Shown here piece by piece: positions 62,183 to 64,000 of a stretch of 64,000 bases of DNA. The translations under genes were made by a program, and so were the position numbers. The DNA lies in assembly GCA_964509195.1 (NCBI GenBank), contig CAZDWJ010000002.1, forward strand, positions 74,922 through 138,921, in the 5' to 3' direction. Each line of letters opens with the position of its first letter. Positions within the stretch are counted from its first letter, which is position 1. A model generated the notes under the pieces. It was not told where the DNA came from. It worked only from the letters and a program-made list of their open reading frames with translations, and ran no database searches. Origin of the DNA: an uncultured Leptospira sp. (GTDB lineage: Bacteria > Spirochaetota > UBA4802 > UB4802).

Positions 62183-62831
62183 AATACGGGAAGTAACAGT
62201 ACTACCTGAATTTTGTCCAGCTGCATTGGGGTCTGTATTATATACATGTGGCAATACAAAGGTAATCTGTGCTGTTTCGCAGATAGCTCAGGTACCACAA
62301 CACGCTGTTGATAGGGGCACAGGCTGGATTACTGCTGAGTATACATTACTGCCGTATGCTACAAATCCAAGAACTGAGAGGAGAAACTTTCGTCCAGATG
62401 GAAGATCAGTTGAAATACAGCGATTGATTGGGAGAAGTTTACGTACTATAATGGATTTAGAAGCAATGCAGGGAGTTTCATTAGTTGTAGACTGTGATGT
62501 ACTTCAGGCAGATGGAGGAACAAGGGCTGCTGCAATATCTGGTGCATATATAGCATTACAAATAGCAACTAATAAATTGATAAAACAGAATATAATTACT
62601 GATAATCCTATCAAAGCTCAGGTTGCAGCAATATCAACAGGTTATATAGGTTGTGAACTATTGTTGGATTTAGATTATGAAGAAGATTCTCAATGCGATG
62701 TGGACATGAACATAATTATGGATAGCCAGGATAACTTGAATCTATGTTGCAGCTGGCAAAGTGTGGCATACAAAAGATTTTCAAGATACAAAACGATGTG
62801 CTTAAATTGTACTGATAAAAGCCGAATATAA
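62145..62831 (+). CDS. rph: ribonuclease PH
   Basis: RKYDEIREV...GSVLYTCGNTKVICAVS...DGGTRAAAISGAYIAL matches RNase PH. 5' end overlaps the preceding ORF by 38 nt. Confidence 0.85.
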   Translation: MSYLRKNNRKYDEIREVTVLPEFCPAALGSVLYTCGNTKVICAVSQIAQVPQHAVDRGTGWITAEYTLLPYATNPRTERRNFRPDGRSVEIQRLIGRSLRTIMDLEAMQGVSLVVDCDVLQADGGTRAAAISGAYIALQIATNKLIKQNIITDNPIKAQVAAISTGYIGCELLLDLDYEEDSQCDVDMNIIMDSQDNLNLCCSWQSVAYKRFSRYKTMCLNCTDKSRI

Positions 62832-62866
62832 ATATAATACTATATATATTTTTATTAATAGATTGG

Positions 62867-63613
62867 ATGGGTTTATTTAATATGCGGAAAATTGTTATAA
62901 CATTAATTTTTATTACTTTTGCGCATTATGCATATGCACAATATTATGTAAGAAATACAACAGTGATTGACACACCAACTGCATATACAATTGCACGGGG
63001 AACTTATCAGCTTTCATTTTTAGGATATGATAATGGTGGGGTAGAATTGAAAGCTTTTATTGGGCTTCACAATAATTTTTTTCTTGGAGCTTCACTAGAT
63101 ATACAGAGTGCAATTGGCAAAGATGATCCTGACCCTAATGTACCGGGAGTTGTTGGAAAGATTAAATTTACTGATGGATGGGAAATGTTCCCTATTTCAT
63201 TTGCTATCGGCTATGATTCTTTTTATATTGGGGAAGAAGGCAAAACATATAACAGCAAAAATGAACTGAATCAAATGATTTATGGTCCATATTTTGTGAT
63301 AACCAAGCCTATATATTTATTTAATGACGAACAGCATATTCATTTTGGCATGCGTATACCAACACAACCGGAATACGTCCCGGAAGATACATCATATTTC
63401 TTAGCTCTTGATATACCACTTGGCGAAATATTTGTTTTCAAAGCTGAGATAGAACGGGTATATTATAACTTTGAAAGAGCAAAAGAATGGCTATATAATA
63501 TAGGTATGAGATATTCATATATGCAGCGATTAGGCATTGAATTTGATGTATTATTTCAGAAGGAGGAAAATCCAAACAGGATTATAAAAATTGAATATAT
63601 TAATGAATTTTAA
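62867..63613 (+). CDS. hypothetical secreted / outer-membrane protein
   Basis: Signal peptide IVITLIFITFAHYAYAQ. Y/F-rich amphipathic beta segments. Terminal F. Confidence 0.4.
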   Translation: MGLFNMRKIVITLIFITFAHYAYAQYYVRNTTVIDTPTAYTIARGTYQLSFLGYDNGGVELKAFIGLHNNFFLGASLDIQSAIGKDDPDPNVPGVVGKIKFTDGWEMFPISFAIGYDSFYIGEEGKTYNSKNELNQMIYGPYFVITKPIYLFNDEQHIHFGMRIPTQPEYVPEDTSYFLALDIPLGEIFVFKAEIERVYYNFERAKEWLYNIGMRYSYMQRLGIEFDVLFQKEENPNRIIKIEYINEF

Positions 63614-63784
63614 GATTTTAAATTAAAAAAATGAATAGTTGAAATAGTGAAAAGAAACAGTATATTTATATTGATTGTACTAAGCATATTTTATTACGTT
63701 ATAATTTGTAATAATTATTTTAGCAATTTACATGAAGTATTTGCACAAAATAAAAAAAATTGTATTATATACATCCTTAATTCA

Positions 63785-64000
63785 ATGAATAGATCAATTA
63801 ATTGCAATGTGGAAATAGCTATTACAAGTGATGAACATGCTAAGGGATTGATGGGTAGATCAGAATTATGTGATAATTGTGGGATGTTATTTATTTTTGA
63901 GGATGAGGAATACCGTACATTTTGGATGAAGAATACAAAAATCCCCCTTAGCATTGCTTTTATAGATGCAAGTGGTCTAATTAATGACATTCAAGATATG
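63785..64000 (+). CDS. DUF192 (COG1430) family protein, 3' end cut by window
   Basis: Translation MNRSINCNVEIAITSDEHAKGLMGRSELCDNCGMLFIFEDEEYRTFWMKNTKIPLSIAFIDASG carries the GLMxR...FWMKNTxIPLxIAFID signature. Not in the ORF track because no stop falls inside the window. Confidence 0.55.
   Translation, partial: MNRSINCNVEIAITSDEHAKGLMGRSELCDNCGMLFIFEDEEYRTFWMKNTKIPLSIAFIDASGLINDIQDM

Overview
AT-rich bacterial chromosomal segment (roughly 33-36% GC by eye) with about 55 protein-coding genes, 7 tRNA genes, and no rRNA, CRISPR array, integrase or transposase.

Housekeeping backbone, left to right: a polyamine operon (speH, a tandem AdoMetDC paralog, speE, an SSS symporter), a CN-hydrolase, an alpha-glucan phosphorylase, lepA, yfcE, a compact sbcDC, an ABC-2 exporter, the tig-clpP-clpX-lon cluster, orphan ptsI, pcm, argC divergent from asd, tatA, rlmN, PBP1A with an M23 peptidase, two CNNM/CorC transporters, a HIT protein, an SplB-like radical SAM protein, prfB (no programmed frameshift), two predicted outer-membrane proteins, and rph. 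Signalling genes are two HD-GYP phosphodiesterases (1020 aa PAS-containing; 413 aa GAF-containing), a 1173-aa multi-PAS hybrid histidine kinase, and a FapA/DUF342 protein.

Observations most worth follow-up:
(a) Two roughly 75%-identical 150-bp intergenic elements (9260-9409 and 50406-50556) with terminal inverted repeats and a compensatory-flipped central hairpin. They look like an undescribed MITE- or REP-like repeat or a structured sRNA family.
(b) A 4.5-kb, five-gene translationally coupled operon: small two-TM protein, secreted DUF362, membrane polyferredoxin, CDF metal exporter, Mut7-C/PIN nuclease. A second DUF362-ferredoxin fusion with a membrane zinc-ribbon partner sits at the window start.
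(c) A tandem SAM-decarboxylase paralog in which the ESH self-cleavage serine reads ETS, behind a roughly 190-nt leader containing a terminator-like hairpin.
(d) A B12-radical-SAM/TPR protein followed by a 427-aa mini UvrD-like helicase.
(e) A tRNA-His/tRNA-Arg-flanked trio: a methyltransferase-fold hypothetical, a cytoplasmic transglutaminase-like protein, and the giant hybrid kinase.

All calls come from reading the ORF translations and the DNA; no database searches were run.
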